Shown piece after piece: positions 62,188-64,000 of a stretch of DNA of 64,000 bases; position 1 is the first letter of the stretch, and each line of letters opens with the position of its first letter. A program made the position numbers and the translations under genes. This DNA comes from Candidatus Oxydemutatoraceae bacterium (GTDB lineage Bacteria > Pseudomonadota > Gammaproteobacteria > Poriferisulfidales > Oxydemutatoraceae), in contig OZ244779.1 of assembly GCA_965219575.1 (NCBI GenBank), forward strand, positions 620,769 to 684,768, in the 5' to 3' direction. The notes below the pieces were generated by a model. The model was not told where the DNA came from. It saw nothing but the letters and a program-made list of their open reading frames with translations, and ran no database searches.

Positions 62188-63531
62188 CTAGGGTAGTTCG
62201 GTTACCTCAAAAACAGCTACTCTGTTCGATTTAATGTACGATGACATATCATAATCTCTGCCGTCAATCATAATACTCACTTGGTAGGCATTGCCGAATT
62301 CAAATTTCAGCGGCAAGTTGACCATGAAAATCTTATTGTATCCGGTGGGTAAAATCCTATGGATGAAAATATCACCACCCCCGTCTCTCACACGCGCCCA
62401 ACTTTCACCGGTAGACATAACAACCAATGTCACCGGTTGCAACGCATCATCGATTACATCAAACTGTCCGTTGTCGGGCTCGGCATCCGCTTCGGTGTCG
62501 GCCACGGCAGGTTGTACCTCGTCATTCGGTACATTTATGGTTTCAATGTCGGAGACGGGCGGTGCCTCCTCTTGCGGCGATGGAATATCGGGGGTCTCCG
62601 GTTGCTCGGCGACATCCTCTTGCGAGACCGAAGGCTCGCCGGCGGAGGCAGGTGCTGCTTCCTCTTGTGAGACCGAAGCCTCGCCGGCGGAGGCGGGTGC
62701 TGCTTCCTCTTGTGAGACCGAAGCCTCGCCGGCGGAGGCGGGTGCTGTCTCTTGCGAAACCGGAGGCTCGTCTACGAAGGCGGGTGCTGCTTCCTCTTGC
62801 GAAAACGAGGGCTCGTCTACGGAGGCGGGTGCTGTCTCTTGCGAAACCGGAGGCTCGTCTACGGAGGCGGGTGCTGCTTCTTCTTGCGAAACCGAAGGAT
62901 TGTCTACGGAGGCGGGTGCTGCTTCTTCTTGCGAAACCGAAGGATTGTCTACGGAGGCGGGTGCTGCTTCTTCTTGCGAAACCGAAGGATTGTCTACGGA
63001 GGCGGGTGCTGCTTCTTCTTGCGAAACCGAAGGCTCGTCTACGAAGGCGGGTGCTGCTTCCTCTTGCGAAACCGAGGATTCACTTACAGGGTAGGTTGTC
63101 GGTCGATTCTCTTGCCACCAACCGATAACCAATGCCAGAAATATAAACGCCACAGCGACACTTCCCCAAAATATTATATATTTCTGCTGTCGCTCGTTGA
63201 GCGGCGAACTCGACGACAAGTCTTCAAGTAATTGGTCTGTTTCTTGAGGTATATTAGCGGTATACATATCAAGTACGGGAACCGAATCTATATGCAACAA
63301 CCGACAATACGAGCGTATATAACCGCGCACATAAACCAACTCGGGTAATTTGTCGTGTGTCTCTTCTTCCAACGCACGAATGGTGCGCGGAGACAAGCGT
63401 AATTTTCCGGCAATATCTTCAACAGTAAAGCCTCTTTTCTCTCGCTCGTAAGCTAGATATTGTCCGGGCTTTGTCGGTTTGTCTATATGTTCTTCGTCCA
63501 TATTGTTAATCTCTGCTAGATCTCTTTTCAA
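62188..63531 (-). CDS. rodZ: RodZ cell-shape protein with expanded repetitive linker
   Basis: N-terminal HTH (YVRGYIRSYCRLL), TM helix, C-terminal DUF4115-like domain. Confidence 0.88.
   Translation of the reverse strand: MKRDLAEINNMDEEHIDKPTKPGQYLAYEREKRGFTVEDIAGKLRLSPRTIRALEEETHDKLPELVYVRGYIRSYCRLLHIDSVPVLDMYTANIPQETDQLLEDLSSSSPLNERQQKYIIFWGSVAVAFIFLALVIGWWQENRPTTYPVSESSVSQEEAAPAFVDEPSVSQEEAAPASVDNPSVSQEEAAPASVDNPSVSQEEAAPASVDNPSVSQEEAAPASVDEPPVSQETAPASVDEPSFSQEEAAPAFVDEPPVSQETAPASAGEASVSQEEAAPASAGEASVSQEEAAPASAGEPSVSQEDVAEQPETPDIPSPQEEAPPVSDIETINVPNDEVQPAVADTEADAEPDNGQFDVIDDALQPVTLVVMSTGESWARVRDGGGDIFIHRILPTGYNKIFMVNLPLKFEFGNAYQVSIMIDGRDYDMSSYIKSNRVAVFEVTELP
62610..63076 (-). repeat. Coding tandem repeat, about 10 x 42-45 bp (SVSQEEAAPASVD(N/E)P)
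   Basis: Visible directly in both DNA and protein. Confidence 0.95.
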
Positions 63532-63538
63532 TTAAGTA

Positions 63539-64000
63539 TTATCCCATATAAATCCGCTGGCCGGTGTTCACATCGTCGCTCGGACTGTTATTTTTAGGCA
63601 ATGCGCTTAGTTGTCCGCAAGCAGCCGATATATCCGAACCACGCGAGCGGCGTAGGGTAGTCACAATACCATATTCATACAAGATACTGCGAAAACGAGC
63701 AATTGTCTCGGCATCCGAACACAAAAAACCACTTTGCGCAAAATCGTTGAACGGGATTAAATTGACTTTAGCGGGAATTCCCTCAATCAATCGGGCGAGT
63801 GCCTCCGCACACGACACGGTATCGTTGACATCTTTGAGCATGACATAACCGAAAGTTAAGCCGGTGTTTGACCGGCGAGCATCCAAAAACTGACGCACCG
63901 CATTCATCAAAACCGCAATCGGATATTTGCGGTTTATAGGCACCAGACGGTTGCGCAAAGAATCGGTAGGTGCGTGCAGAGAAACCGTGAGCACAACATT
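63539..64000 (-). CDS. rlmN: Dual-specificity RNA methyltransferase RlmN (5' part outside the window)
   Basis: VSLHAP, VND, KVNLIPFN, RGSDISAACGQL. Confidence 0.93.
   Translation of the reverse strand, partial: NVVLTVSLHAPTDSLRNRLVPINRKYPIAVLMNAVRQFLDARRSNTGLTFGYVMLKDVNDTVSCAEALARLIEGIPAKVNLIPFNDFAQSGFLCSDAETIARFRSILYEYGIVTTLRRSRGSDISAACGQLSALPKNNSPSDDVNTGQRIYMG

Noticed and set aside
62291-63231. Long plus-strand ORFs with Arg-, Cys- or Ser-rich repeats
   Set aside because: They are antisense shadows of the rodZ tandem repeat.

Overview
Chromosomal window of a Gammaproteobacterium with sulfur-oxidation traits (cytoplasmic sulfite dehydrogenase SoeABC, a Cys-less DsrC/TusE-family protein). 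The backbone is housekeeping: addB-like, fdxA, xth, gyrB, accCB-aroQ, mpl, yaaA, panD, ppc, a 10-gene Mrp antiporter operon, hemCD, cysQ, metXW, trxA, tsaD, proC, der-bamB-yfgM-hisS-rodZ-rlmN, tRNA-fMet and tRNA-Val(CAC). The intergenic DNA is much less ordinary. (i) At least nine copies or fragments of a 200-300 bp MITE carry GGGGCTGTTGAAAAA terminal inverted repeats, some with 4-5 bp target duplications. Each encloses an inverted pair of GTAG-type REP hairpins, and some of these hairpins have a second palindrome inserted in the loop. (ii) Two near-identical Rpn (PD-(D/E)XK) genes each have a probable internal antitoxin start, and one lies between MITE termini. (iii) A miniature, nuclease-deleted tnpB is bounded by perfect 22-bp inverted repeats and interrupted by an intact IS3-family element. 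(iv) Three paralogous secreted-protein genes or fragments share the C-terminal tail IRSKVFLE(G/S)PLQ, and one is frameshifted at a G7 tract. (v) A NodZ-like fucosyltransferase gene is tandemly duplicated. All calls come from reading the sequence and from recalled family motifs. No database searches were run.
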